The notes below the pieces were generated by a model that saw only the letters and a program-made list of their open reading frames with translations, did not search any database and was not told where the DNA came from. From the NCBI GenBank assembly GCA_045862955.1, contig BTVI01000008.1, forward strand, positions 36,846-100,845: a stretch of 64,000 nucleotides of DNA. The letters are read 5' to 3'. Source of the stretch: Fimbriimonadales bacterium. Its GTDB lineage: Bacteria > Armatimonadota > Fimbriimonadia > Fimbriimonadales > JABRVX01. Within the stretch, counting starts at the first letter, position 1; the number at the start of each line of letters is the position of its first letter. The position numbers and the translations under genes were made by a program. Of this stretch, positions 9,897 through 20,310 are shown in pieces.

Positions 9897-9898
9897 CG

Positions 9899-12796
9899 TT
9901 AGATTTTCTTGCGGAAGCGAAAGGCCACTGGCGGTTCTTCGTCAATCGGCTCAACGGGTGGTGTCGGCACCGGCTCACGCTTCGTCGGCCGCCGGCGTCG
10001 CACCTGCTTCGAGGCCTCGTTCCGCTCGCTGCCGCCAGGATGAGAAGTCGGAGTCAGTCCCTCGGCTGGGGTTGCGACAGGGGATGGCTTCTCCGTGTCG
10101 AGCAGAGGAACCGGTTTGGCAAACGTGCTTCGTCTCGAAGGGCGCGGCCCCGGAGCGGGTTCCTGTGGGGGCGGAGCAGGCGCCGCAGGCATCGGCAGGC
10201 GGCTTAGCGTGTCCAGATTTTCGGCCGAGCCTATCAGCAAGATTCGTGTCTCGCCGTCGCGCAGGTCCGCCGAGGGGTCCTGGAGTGGCTCACCCGTGAG
10301 AGCGTCCCGCACTTCGAGGCCATCGGGCACCGCTATCTCGCGCCTGCCTCCCTTGGTCGCATGCAGCGTCAGAAAGGGAGGTCGGACATGCACCACATCG
10401 CCTGCCGACGAGTAGATCGGAACGCCTGCCAGCCGGCACAGGCCCCTGACCAGCCCGGGAGAGATGAACGGCTCGCCGATAAAGACGGTGCGCCAAGCCG
10501 CTTCGCCGCGGCCGGGCAAGCGAACCTCGCGCGTTACGAACGAGGGCAGCCCCGTGTCCGTGTAAACACCCAGCGGCTGGGCCTCATCATCCACTGCGAA
10601 ATAAGTCGGCTCGTAGACTTCTTCCGTAGCTATCGCCGACTCCTCGAGTGCCGAGGTGAGCGGGTGCTGGTGTTGCGTGATGGTCGTACCGGGACGTGAC
10701 GCGAACGGCTGGGCCTTGAGCGCTATGCCGATGACCTGTTTCATGGTCTCTGGTGCCGGACGGTGGTACTCGAGCAGGGCGGCCGCATACCACCACACCA
10801 GAGTCTTGCCGTTGCGATGCAACTTCTCGCGAATCGCCGCACGGACTTGAGCGCCGATATCCCACGCGTTCAAGAACAGATACAAACTGCAGTCCGGGAA
10901 GTCTCTTCGAGTAAGGTCGGACAGCAGATAGAAGCCGGCGCACACACCCGCACGCAGAACTGCCTCCCTCGCCTTGGAGACCAGGTTGACAGCGAGGCGC
11001 GAGTCCTGAAGCATCGTCATGCTGCGCTCGTCAATCAGTACCGCGACATCGGGTGGAGGTGGTTCTGCGTTCAGGCGCATCGTGAAGAGTGAGCGGACCT
11101 TCTCGGCACGACTCCAGATGCCCGGGCTGTTCAGCCAACCGCTGCCCCAGGTATCCATCCACGACACGCCGGCGGTGTGGGCTAGTGCCATACCCAAGCC
11201 ACGCCAGTGAGCGCTCTCGAGGTCCTTCGGGCTCTCCAGCACCGGGTTGAAGTCATCCCTCTCGCCTTTTCGCCCGAGGCTCGTCTTGTAGTCCTCCTCC
11301 AGAACAAACAACTTGCCGGCGAGCGCGATGGAGTCGATTGGCCCTGCGAAGGGACAAGCGCCGCCGGGCAGCCTCGACGTGTAGGAAGGCGGCCCGGCAA
11401 TAAGGTCTATGTCTGGGCACTTCAGCAGCCGGGCCAGCGACAAATGGCCCGAGTGCGGGTGTGAGAACTCGAAGGTGTAGCCATAGGAGCACGCAACCAA
11501 CACGGAGCCTTTCGCAGCTTCCTTGATGGCTCGCGCCAGAGCCCCGATCCGTTCGACGTAGGCGTCCGAGAGAAAGTCGTGGTAATCCACATTGCGGCGC
11601 TCGCGACGCTCCGTGAGTATGGTGGCCTGAAGCCCCCGAGGCTCCAACGGCTCGGGGATCTTGAGCGTGTCGAACGATGCCGAGCCGTCGTGCCAGGACG
11701 CGCGCAACGCCACCTCGTCCCCAAAGTAACGGGCTCGAACCCATTCTCGGAAGGCCGCGAGCGCAGCAGGGCTCGTGTCGTAGCCGTCGTCTGGGCCGTT
11801 GAACCACTCGCCGCGCTCGATGTGGTAGCCGATGCAGCGCTTTCCGGACTTGCGCCGGGCGACATCGGTCACGAGCTTCTTTAGGCACTTTTCGGCTTCC
11901 CCCCACCAACTAACCGAGCAGATCGAGGGGTCGGCCTGGGAGCCGTCGGGGTGTCGGTACGCAGCATCCGGGTACTTTTCGACCCAGCCCTCCGTCGGCA
12001 CGAACACCACGCGAAACATCACCCACGCGTCCGGGTCCACGGCAAGCACGCTTTCGAGCAGACGGGCGGCTTCCTCCGCAGGCGGCTCGTCGGGTTGGGG
12101 ATCCACGGGCAGCTCCAGGTAGAGGCAGAAGAGATGAACACCCTTCTCTGCCGCGAGTTTCACCTCGGCTAGCACGGCTTTCTCCGACGCCTCGGAGCTG
12201 ATGTTGCCGAAGAAGAAGTGCGGTGCGACCACCTGCTCCTCGATGATGAGTGCGGGCTGACCGTTGACGATGCCTACTCGTGGCGCACCGGTCGGTGTTG
12301 GGATCGGACGGGGCCACCGTTCCTTGGTGCGACGGGAGCGTGCACGCTTGCCTTGCGTCTCTATCTGGGCCTGCAGCTCTTCGAGGGTGATCCTCGGACC
12401 GATGTCCTCAGGCGGGGCCTCTACTTCGACATGCTCGCGGTCCGGACGTCGCTTTCGCGGCTCGCGCTTCGCAGCCGGCGGGCTTTCGGCAGGAGACCGC
12501 CTCTTGCGTTTTGGCTTCTGTTCCGAGGCGCGCGGGCTAGAGGGCGGAGCCTCGACGACTCCCGGGATCTCGGGGGCATCGTCGGGCACCGTGACCCGGC
12601 GCCTTCTCGTGCCGGTTCCCGTTGCAGCAGCTGCGCCTTCGGTCGTTGGCTGCTCAGGCGCTAGCTGTACCACGGCTTTCGCCGTACGCCGCCGCCTCTT
12701 CGGCGCCCCCGAAGGTTGAACAATGGAAGCGTCGCCTTCACCCCGCACCTGGGGCGAAGCTTCGGGTACGGGGTCCGTCTTTTTCGTTCTTCGCAT
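9899..12796 (-). CDS. GH42/beta-galactosidase-like glycoside hydrolase with long low-complexity termini
   Basis: AFREWVRARY..LRASW, DYHDFLSD, PDIDLIAGPPSY, DVAVLIDERS and a trimerisation-like region; ATG 12796 chosen because it does not overlap the upstream gene. Confidence 0.7.
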   Translation of the reverse strand: MRRTKKTDPVPEASPQVRGEGDASIVQPSGAPKRRRRTAKAVVQLAPEQPTTEGAAAATGTGTRRRRVTVPDDAPEIPGVVEAPPSSPRASEQKPKRKRRSPAESPPAAKREPRKRRPDREHVEVEAPPEDIGPRITLEELQAQIETQGKRARSRRTKERWPRPIPTPTGAPRVGIVNGQPALIIEEQVVAPHFFFGNISSEASEKAVLAEVKLAAEKGVHLFCLYLELPVDPQPDEPPAEEAARLLESVLAVDPDAWVMFRVVFVPTEGWVEKYPDAAYRHPDGSQADPSICSVSWWGEAEKCLKKLVTDVARRKSGKRCIGYHIERGEWFNGPDDGYDTSPAALAAFREWVRARYFGDEVALRASWHDGSASFDTLKIPEPLEPRGLQATILTERRERRNVDYHDFLSDAYVERIGALARAIKEAAKGSVLVACSYGYTFEFSHPHSGHLSLARLLKCPDIDLIAGPPSYTSRLPGGACPFAGPIDSIALAGKLFVLEEDYKTSLGRKGERDDFNPVLESPKDLESAHWRGLGMALAHTAGVSWMDTWGSGWLNSPGIWSRAEKVRSLFTMRLNAEPPPPDVAVLIDERSMTMLQDSRLAVNLVSKAREAVLRAGVCAGFYLLSDLTRRDFPDCSLYLFLNAWDIGAQVRAAIREKLHRNGKTLVWWYAAALLEYHRPAPETMKQVIGIALKAQPFASRPGTTITQHQHPLTSALEESAIATEEVYEPTYFAVDDEAQPLGVYTDTGLPSFVTREVRLPGRGEAAWRTVFIGEPFISPGLVRGLCRLAGVPIYSSAGDVVHVRPPFLTLHATKGGRREIAVPDGLEVRDALTGEPLQDPSADLRDGETRILLIGSAENLDTLSRLPMPAAPAPPPQEPAPGPRPSRRSTFAKPVPLLDTEKPSPVATPAEGLTPTSHPGGSERNEASKQVRRRRPTKREPVPTPPVEPIDEEPPVAFRFRKKI

Positions 12797-12810
12797 CTGA
12801 CAAATCCTAT

Positions 12811-13491
12811 CTACAGGTCTCGGCACCAGGCAAGCAAGTCCCTGGGCTCGCCAAACAGCATGTCTGGCCCAGCTTGCCTCAGTCGCTGCTCGCTTTGCGC
12901 ACCCCAGAGCACCGCTCCCACCGAACACCCTGCCGCGTGGCCAGATTGAATGTCGTAGTCGGTGTCCCCGATGAAGATGGCCGCGCTGGCTTCGACTCCC
13001 AGCTTCTCCAGCGCCCTCACTACCGGCTCTGGATGAGGTTTCGTGCGCACGCAGTCCGTTGCCGTGACGGTAGCGTGAAGCGCTCCGTCCAGTCCCATGC
13101 GCGGCAGAGCGAATGCCAGCTCCTCGGCGTCCTTGCTCGTGACCAGGGCCGTGGAGATGCCCTTGGCTGCACAGACACGGACCGACTCGAGGGCCTCCGG
13201 CACCGGGTGCTCCAGGTGCTTGTGCTGCTCGTACAGCTCGATCTGAAATCGCTTCATCTCTTCGTAGTCAGGGCGCCGATCCGTTCGGTCTTCGAAGCAG
13301 CGCACCTGAACATCGAGGGGCAGGCCGATGATGCTGCGGATGTCTTCTGGCGGGATTTCGACACCGATGTACCGACGGTACATCTCACTCATCGTCTGGA
13401 TGATCATGGAAACGGTGTCGATGAGGGTCCCGTCTACGTCGAATAGAACGGCCTTTGGCGGCAGCACGAGTTGCCGGCCCCGGTGTGACAT
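12811..13491 (-). CDS. HAD-superfamily hydrolase (PpaX/phosphoglycolate phosphatase-like)
   Basis: FDVDGTLIDT, VTSK, KPHPEP, IGDTDYDI. Confidence 0.92.
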   Translation of the reverse strand: MSHRGRQLVLPPKAVLFDVDGTLIDTVSMIIQTMSEMYRRYIGVEIPPEDIRSIIGLPLDVQVRCFEDRTDRRPDYEEMKRFQIELYEQHKHLEHPVPEALESVRVCAAKGISTALVTSKDAEELAFALPRMGLDGALHATVTATDCVRTKPHPEPVVRALEKLGVEASAAIFIGDTDYDIQSGHAAGCSVGAVLWGAQSEQRLRQAGPDMLFGEPRDLLAWCRDL

Positions 13492-13560
13492 GGATACCGA
13501 TTCTGGCAGAAGCCGCCCCTGGAATGCTACCCGCTGCCGCGAGGTGGCCCGATAGCCCGT

Positions 13561-14565
13561 TCAGATGGAGCCCAAGACGTCGAAGAGGTGAGGTTCTATC
13601 AGAGCTCGCAGATCATCGTTCGCATAGCCCACCCAGCCGATGGGAGTCGTAGTGTCGAGGGGGAAGTCCAGTGGCTGTCCATCGAGTCCTGTCACGATCA
13701 CTCCCGCCTCGCGTGCGATCATCTCGGTACAGAGGTCATAGGGATGCGGGCACAGCCCACCCCGATTCTCGCGCGCGAAAAGCACCGAGCGAATGTCGGC
13801 CACGAACAGGTCGTGCCCCACCATCAGCTCGAACAGCTGGCCGCCGCTGGAGACGTATTGGTCGTCGAACACGCAGTCCGTGGCGCCCGTGGGCAAGACG
13901 CGCTGGAACAGCTCCCACTCCAGTTGGGCAATCCTGGCCTTTCCTTCTGGAAAGAACTTGGAGAAACCCGCAAAGCCGTTCTGCAACCTGGTCGCTCGAC
14001 TCGGCCGCGGCTCGAAGCGGGAGACTCTCCCTGAGCGAAGGTCGTGCATCTCCGCCGTCAATCCGCTGCCTGCTACTCCGGAGACCTGTGCCGCGAGACA
14101 CTGGCGCGTGGTCGGAATCTCTGTCTGCACGGCAACCCGGATGTCCCGCGATCTGGGCAGAGCCTCCGACCGCACCGGGGCCACGGCGCACAGAGCCCAC
14201 GCCGGCCTCTTGTCGAACATTAGGGAGCGCGTACCGTCCACCGGGTCCACGATGAGTACGAACTCGGCAGAGGCTGCGTGCGCAGAGGACGGAAACACCT
14301 CGCGACCTGCGGGCAATCCCTCCGCAATCAGGACAAAGGTCCGCTCTCTGCCCCAGTCCGTACAGAAGTCTGCCAACACCCTCTCGACTACCTCGTCCAG
14401 GCGGTAGATGGTGTCGTCCTCGGACTCGCGAGCGACCATCCGCAGCTTGTCGGCGTCCTGTCCGGCGAGTGCCGATCGGATCGACTCCCGAATGCGCAGA
14501 CCTAGCTCACGCAGTTTCTCGGTGTAGTACCCATCGCTCCAGTCTCGCACGAACACCAGGTTCAT
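13561..14565 (-). CDS. Inositol monophosphatase/FIG superfamily protein
   Basis: IVDPVDGTR, HPYD, IAREAGVIVTGLDG. Confidence 0.85.
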   Translation of the reverse strand: MNLVFVRDWSDGYYTEKLRELGLRIRESIRSALAGQDADKLRMVARESEDDTIYRLDEVVERVLADFCTDWGRERTFVLIAEGLPAGREVFPSSAHAASAEFVLIVDPVDGTRSLMFDKRPAWALCAVAPVRSEALPRSRDIRVAVQTEIPTTRQCLAAQVSGVAGSGLTAEMHDLRSGRVSRFEPRPSRATRLQNGFAGFSKFFPEGKARIAQLEWELFQRVLPTGATDCVFDDQYVSSGGQLFELMVGHDLFVADIRSVLFARENRGGLCPHPYDLCTEMIAREAGVIVTGLDGQPLDFPLDTTTPIGWVGYANDDLRALIEPHLFDVLGSI

Positions 14566-14631
14566 GCGATTGGCCTACGGTCCTGCAGGCACAAGCAGGA
14601 AACGGGACGGATGTAGCGAACGCACCCGCGG

Positions 14632-15537
14632 ATGATCCGGCTACTCGCCCGACTGGACAGGCTGGACCGCCGCTGGCTGTACCTCACGCTGGTGGTTGCG
14701 GTCGCCTTTCCGCTATTCGTGGACGTGAAGCTCCCGAGTCGAATGGGCCACGAGGCACGGGGGCTCTACGATGCCATCGAGCGGCTCGACTCCAAGAGCA
14801 TCGTTCTTGTCCACAGCGATTGGGATGCGGGCACGCTCGGCGAGCTGAAGGGTCAGTTCACAGCCATCATTGCCCATCTCTTTCGGAACAACATCAAGTT
14901 CGCGGTGATTTCGGCCATCCCGCAAGGTCCGGCCTTTTCGGACGAGGTGGTGGACCGCCTCGCCGCCAAGTACGGCAAGAAATACCTCGAGGACTGGGTC
15001 CAGCTCGGCTATCGCATCCCGACCAGCAACATCTCGCAGGGCATCCAGTCCCTCTCGAAGGACTTCCGGGGCACCGCACCGACCGAGATACGCGAGAACA
15101 GGGACATACGGACGATCCCCTGGATGGCGAAGGTGAGCAACTGCGGGGATTTCGACCTGCTCGTCAGCGTCTCTTACGCGCCTTATCTGGAGTACATCCA
15201 GTTCGGGTATGAGGTGTACGGCACGCCTTACGTGGCCGGCGTGTGCAGCATCAGCACGACGAACATGTACCCGCTGATGGACGCCGGACAGCTGAAGGGC
15301 ATGCTGGTCGGCGCGCGAGGTGGCGCGGAATACGAGGGCATCATGGGACTGCCCGAATACGACGCGCAAATGAAAGCTGCCGAAAGGGAGCGAAAGACCC
15401 GCTGGAGCGACCTTTCTTACGCAACCAAAGTCATCAAGTCGCAGAGTTGGGCGCATCTGCTGCTAATTCTGGGAGCGATCGCCGGCAACATCGGCGCGTG
15501 GGCGCGAATGAAGGAAGAGGGTAAGAAGGGCAAGTGA
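14632..15537 (+). CDS. Uncharacterised membrane-anchored protein with a large soluble domain
   Basis: N- and C-terminal TM segments; coding-like codon usage; GMLVGARGGAEYE motif. Confidence 0.75.
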   Translation: MIRLLARLDRLDRRWLYLTLVVAVAFPLFVDVKLPSRMGHEARGLYDAIERLDSKSIVLVHSDWDAGTLGELKGQFTAIIAHLFRNNIKFAVISAIPQGPAFSDEVVDRLAAKYGKKYLEDWVQLGYRIPTSNISQGIQSLSKDFRGTAPTEIRENRDIRTIPWMAKVSNCGDFDLLVSVSYAPYLEYIQFGYEVYGTPYVAGVCSISTTNMYPLMDAGQLKGMLVGARGGAEYEGIMGLPEYDAQMKAAERERKTRWSDLSYATKVIKSQSWAHLLLILGAIAGNIGAWARMKEEGKKGK

Positions 15538-16403
15538 CACCGCGCCGACGGCTGGCTCTGGTGATTTGGGGCGTGGTGGTAGTGGTGCTGCTCGCCCTGG
15601 GGATTCCGCGCTGGGTCGCGTACGGCTACGCCGAGATTGGCGTTTGGGTAGCGGCCCTGAGCACCCTGGCCATCTTCAGCTTCCTGTACCAAGAGAACGC
15701 AGCATACCGGCTGGCCGAACACCTGATGCTCGGGACCTCCATCGGTTTCGCCATCGGTGCAACCATCACGGACATCCTCCGCCCGAACTGGTGGGTGCCG
15801 ATGGTGCAGGGGTTCGAGACCCTGCTCAGGAGCCCGGGAGGCAGCGCCGAGTTCTGGGGCGCCGCAGGAGCCATTTTCTTCGGCGTCTCCGCAGGCGTGA
15901 TCGGCCTCCTGTGGTACGGCCTGTTTCATCCGAAGACTCTATGGCTTTCCCGATTGGTGATGGGCATCGTGATGGGAGGCGGCGCCGGCCTAGCCATCAA
16001 GCAGCAGTTCGTGTTGAACGTGCCTCAGGTTACTGCATCGTTCAAGTCGCCTATCGTGCTGAACGACGTCGGCGGGCTCGATGCTGCGGCCAGCATCAAC
16101 AACACCATCTTCCTGGTGGCGCTGCTGCTCACCATCAACTTCTTCTTCTTCAGCTTCGACCACAGCCGGCGGGTGGCGGAGTGGGCTCAGGGGCTGCTGG
16201 ACCGGTTCCCCGTAGGTCTACGGTGGGTACCGGCGCTGGTATTTATGCTGTTCTCGGGTCGGTTCTGGCTCATGCTCGCCTTCGGGGTGTTCTTCGGCAA
16301 CACAGTGATGACCCGACTCTCCGTATTCATTGAGAGGGTCTGGTATCTGGTAGACACATGGGCTCGCCCTTTGTTCTCGGGCGTACCGCCCGTAGGACAG
16401 TAG
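15534..16403 (+). CDS. Uncharacterised polytopic membrane protein
   Basis: About 7-8 hydrophobic segments; GTGA overlap with the upstream gene. Confidence 0.75.
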   Translation: MTPRRRLALVIWGVVVVVLLALGIPRWVAYGYAEIGVWVAALSTLAIFSFLYQENAAYRLAEHLMLGTSIGFAIGATITDILRPNWWVPMVQGFETLLRSPGGSAEFWGAAGAIFFGVSAGVIGLLWYGLFHPKTLWLSRLVMGIVMGGGAGLAIKQQFVLNVPQVTASFKSPIVLNDVGGLDAAASINNTIFLVALLLTINFFFFSFDHSRRVAEWAQGLLDRFPVGLRWVPALVFMLFSGRFWLMLAFGVFFGNTVMTRLSVFIERVWYLVDTWARPLFSGVPPVGQ

Positions 16404-16473
16404 GGCCTGCTTCCTTCCAGGTGCCCGACTCGCCGATAAGGTAATATCCTGGCACGAGGCACCCACATTCCCC

Positions 16474-19400
16474 ATGCTAAACGAACTTTTCCGACGCTGG
16501 TTTGACACGAGTGACAAAGAGATCAAGGCGACCGAGCCCATTGTCGCCGCCGTGAACGCGCTCGAGCCCGAGATGCAGGCGCTGAGCATGGCTCGCCTTC
16601 GGGAGAAGTCGGACGAGTTTCGGAAGAGGCTCCAGGACGGTGAGACCACGGACGACCTGCTGGTCGAGGCCTTCGCCGTCTGTCGCGAGGCAGCGCGCCG
16701 GACCCTGAACATGAGGCACTTCGACGTGCAGCTGATGGGCGGTGTGGTGCTGTACAAGGGGATGATCGCCGAAATGAAAACCGGCGAAGGCAAGACCCTC
16801 GTCGCCACGCTTCCCCTGTACCTCATCGGCCTCGAAGGGCGGGGCGCCCACCTGGTCACCGTCAACGACTACCTGGCCCGCCGTGACGCAATCTGGATGG
16901 GGGCGATCTATCACGCCCTAGGCCTCAGCGTGGGCGTCATCCAGGGCCAGAGTGCCGAGTCGGATGAGCTAGGCGGCTCGTACCGATATGTGCCCGGCTA
17001 CGAGGCCGCAGACCCCCGATACAACAACTTAGAGCCGTGCACTCGGCGAGAGGCGTACGAGTGCGACATCACCTACGGTACTAACCACGAGTTCGGCTTC
17101 GACTACCTCCGCGACAACATGGCGTTCGACAAGTCGCAGCTCAATCAGCGCGAGCTGCACTACGCCATCGTAGATGAGGTTGACAGTATTCTGATTGACG
17201 AGGCTCGTACACCTCACATCATCTCCGGCGTGGCCTCCGAGGATGTATCGGTCTACGGGAAGATCGACAGCGTGGTCAGGCGTCTCGTCAAGGACCAGCA
17301 CTTTACAGTTGATGAAAAGTCGCACCAGGTCTCGCTGAACGACTCCGGTTACGAGCGCATCCAAGAGCTGTTAGGTATCTCTAATCTGGCCGAGCACCCC
17401 GAGATGATGCATTACGTGAACGCCGGGCTCAAGGCACACCACCTCTTCCACCGAGACGTCGAGTACGTGGTTAAGGACGGCGAGGTGGTGATCGTGGACG
17501 ATACCACCGGCCGACTGATGTTCGGTAGGCGTTTCTCCGATGGGTTACACCAAGCCATCGAAGCGAAGGAGAAGGTGCCTATCCGACATGAGAGTCAGAC
17601 CGTCGCCGTTATCACGTTCCAAAACCTGTTCCGCCTATATCACAAGCTGGCAGGCATGACAGGTACTGCGAAGACGGAGGAAGACGAGTTCCGTAAGATC
17701 TACGGCCTCGAAGTGGTAGTGGTACCCACCTACAAGAAGATGATTCGGGTGGATCATCCTGACGTCGTATATAAGACGGAGGAACAGAAGTTCCGCGGGA
17801 TCGCCCGTGAGATACTGCGCCTCTACGTCAAGCAGCAACCGGTGCTGGTAGGTACCCGCTCGATCGAGATGTCCGAGAAGGTCTCCGGTAGGCTCACCGC
17901 TGACAAGCTACAAACTCTGATCCTGATTGACCGCATCCGCGACAAGCTTCAGGGAGACAAGTCGATCTCCAAACAAGACCGCAATGAGATACTCGAGGTC
18001 ATCAACCGTCCGCTGGAACCGCCGACGGACAACTCGCAGCTTCCAGGCCAGCAAGTAAAGAAGACTCCTCGGGAGCTGCTGAAGCGATCCGACCTGCATG
18101 ACATCCTTCGACGGTTCGGCATCGCCACGGACCCACTCGCCCCCGAACACGGTGAGTGGTTCGTCAAGCAGCACGGGCTACCGCAGGAGAACATCGAGCA
18201 TTTCGACGAAGCCATCCGCCACGGCATCCCACACAACGTACTGAATGCCAAGTTCCACGAGAAGGAAGCGCTGATCATCGCCGAGGCGGGCCGCAAGGGC
18301 GCTGTCACTATTGCTACCAACATGGCAGGCCGTGGCGTAGACATCCTTCTCGGCGGAAGTATCGCCAAGCAGGAAGACGCGCAAAGCGTAGAGCAGCAGG
18401 CGCAAGAGGCGGATGCCATCGCTGCAGGCACCTTCGTCAGCCACCGGCGCGGGGGCAAGCAGCGCGCTGCGCCGCCGTTGCCCCTCTCCGAGCAGGAACG
18501 CTCTGAGCGGGCGGCGGAGGTAGTGAAGTTAGGCGGTCTCTACATCCTCGGCACCGAGCGGCACGAGAGCCGACGCATAGACAACCAGCTCCGTGGGCGC
18601 TCCGGACGTCAAGGCGACCCCGGTGAGAGCCGCTACTTCGTGTCACTGGAAGACCGCCTGTGGCAGGTGTTCGGTGCGAACATGCTCGCCAACCCACTGC
18701 TAAAGAGTTGGCCCGAGGACGAACCGATCGAGGTCAAGTTCCTCAGTAACACCATTCGCAAGATTCAGGAGCGCATCGAGTTCCACTTCTTCGAATACCG
18801 AAAGCACGTGCTGGAGTACGACGACGTCATCAACGTGCAGCGCGAGAAAATCTACTCGGATAGACGCAAGGTGCTGTTAGGCGCCGATATGCGCGACAAG
18901 GTACTGGAAGACCTCGAGACCGAGATTGATATGCGTCTCGATGCCTTCTACGACCCCGAGACCAATGAGTGGAACTACGACGGCGTGTATCGGAGCATGA
19001 ACGAGCTCTTCCCGCTGGTTCGGTACGTGCCGCCCGAGGAACTGGAGGGACTGAACCGAGAGCAGTTGTACGAGAAGCTGGTAGCTACCATGCACACCGC
19101 CTACGAGGATCGCGAGCGAGAGCTGGGACCCGAGACGGTGCGAATGCTGGAGCGCATGATCGTGCTCCGCGCCATAAACGACAAGTGGATGGAGCACCTC
19201 GCCAACATTGATCAGCTGCGTGAGGGTATCGGCTTGCGCGGCTACGCCCAACAAGACCCACTCATCGCGTTCAAGAAGGACTCGCACGAGCTATTCCTAG
19301 AGACGCTGGCAAACATCAGTCGCATGGTGGCAACCTGGGCCTTCCATGTTCAGGTCCAGCGAGAACCGGCGACTCCGCGGCAGATGGTTCGACTGGACGA

Positions 19401-19593
19401 ACGCCCTGCGGGTTCACAGGCGCCCCCGCCCGAAGCGATAGCCGCGCGCCCCACGGACGGTCGCCGAGATCGCTTGGGCACACCTCGCCCCTCTGCCCCA
19501 CCGACGTCGGGTGACAAGGTGGGCCGCAACGACCCTTGTCCCTGTGGCAGCGGGAAGAAGTACAAGTTCTGCTGCATGCGCAAGACGGTGTAA
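16474..19593 (+). CDS. secA: Preprotein translocase subunit SecA
   Basis: MKTGEGKT, IVDEVDSILIDEARTP, ATNMAGRG, HESRRIDNQLRGRSGRQGDPG; SEC-C motif GRNDPCPCGSGKKYKFCC. Confidence 0.98.
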   Translation: MLNELFRRWFDTSDKEIKATEPIVAAVNALEPEMQALSMARLREKSDEFRKRLQDGETTDDLLVEAFAVCREAARRTLNMRHFDVQLMGGVVLYKGMIAEMKTGEGKTLVATLPLYLIGLEGRGAHLVTVNDYLARRDAIWMGAIYHALGLSVGVIQGQSAESDELGGSYRYVPGYEAADPRYNNLEPCTRREAYECDITYGTNHEFGFDYLRDNMAFDKSQLNQRELHYAIVDEVDSILIDEARTPHIISGVASEDVSVYGKIDSVVRRLVKDQHFTVDEKSHQVSLNDSGYERIQELLGISNLAEHPEMMHYVNAGLKAHHLFHRDVEYVVKDGEVVIVDDTTGRLMFGRRFSDGLHQAIEAKEKVPIRHESQTVAVITFQNLFRLYHKLAGMTGTAKTEEDEFRKIYGLEVVVVPTYKKMIRVDHPDVVYKTEEQKFRGIAREILRLYVKQQPVLVGTRSIEMSEKVSGRLTADKLQTLILIDRIRDKLQGDKSISKQDRNEILEVINRPLEPPTDNSQLPGQQVKKTPRELLKRSDLHDILRRFGIATDPLAPEHGEWFVKQHGLPQENIEHFDEAIRHGIPHNVLNAKFHEKEALIIAEAGRKGAVTIATNMAGRGVDILLGGSIAKQEDAQSVEQQAQEADAIAAGTFVSHRRGGKQRAAPPLPLSEQERSERAAEVVKLGGLYILGTERHESRRIDNQLRGRSGRQGDPGESRYFVSLEDRLWQVFGANMLANPLLKSWPEDEPIEVKFLSNTIRKIQERIEFHFFEYRKHVLEYDDVINVQREKIYSDRRKVLLGADMRDKVLEDLETEIDMRLDAFYDPETNEWNYDGVYRSMNELFPLVRYVPPEELEGLNREQLYEKLVATMHTAYEDRERELGPETVRMLERMIVLRAINDKWMEHLANIDQLREGIGLRGYAQQDPLIAFKKDSHELFLETLANISRMVATWAFHVQVQREPATPRQMVRLDERPAGSQAPPPEAIAARPTDGRRDRLGTPRPSAPPTSGDKVGRNDPCPCGSGKKYKFCCMRKTV

Positions 19594-19658
19594 CGCCCCG
19601 TCTGCCAACGCTCCTTTCCCTCAGGATGGGTCAGTGAGAGCGTGCAGCCGTCCAGGAC

Positions 19659-20083
19659 CGTCATGCTGAGCTTGTCGAAGCATGCCCTCGCATGCCGCAC
19701 GGTCGTACGCTCGGATACTACCAATGCGGCTACCGGTCCCATGCTTCGACAGGCTCAGCATGACGTCGAGATTATCGTTACGACGCGCTCATCGTGACGG
19801 CGAGATCAGCATGGCGGGCCCTGCGCGCTTCGTGTAACGCACATAAGTCGAAGGATGCGGCTGCCGACCTCATGCTTCGACAAGCTCAGCATGACGTCGA
19901 GATGAGCATGACGTGGCGCTAATCGGGACGGCGGGCTCAGCATGGCAGGATCTGCGCGCTTCCTGCGCCACACGCAAGTCGAAGGATGCGGCTGCCGGTC
20001 CCATGCTTCGACAGGCTCAGCATGACGTCGAGATGAGCATGACGTGGCGCTAATCGGGACGGCGGGTTCCGCATGGCGTCGCC
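19659..20083. repeat. REP/BIME-like array, block 1
   Basis: 26-mer CGTCATGCTGAGCTTGTCGAAGCATG at 19659; inverted copies at 19740, 19871 and 20002 (131-bp period). Confidence 0.92.
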
Positions 20084-20140
20084 TATGAGCCGTCCTCTTG
20101 CAGAGGTGAGGGGCGCATCCCCCTGCTGTGACTCACGCAT

Positions 20141-20276
20141 CACTCCCAGAGGGCCTCCGATCATCGATCACTCCCGGAGCGGCTCCGAACGTCGATCACC
20201 CAGAGTGGTCATGCGATCGTCGGCCGCCCGCGAGGGGCTCCGAACGTCGGTCAGTCGCGAGGGGCCTTCGATCTCC
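20141..20276. repeat. Degenerate 27-28-bp tandem repeat, about 5 copies
   Basis: Units start at 20141, 20169, 20197, 20225 and 20252, e.g. CACTCCCAGAGGGCCTCCGATCATCGAT / CACTCCCGGAGCGGCTCCGAACGTCGAT. Confidence 0.7.
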
Positions 20277-20310
20277 TCCTGGCGGTGTGCGAGAGACACA
20301 GACCTCATAC

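Noticed and set aside
17896..18210. Intein in SecA
   Set aside because: No N-terminal Cys/Ser block, no His-Asn followed by C/S/T at the end, and no LAGLIDADG motif.
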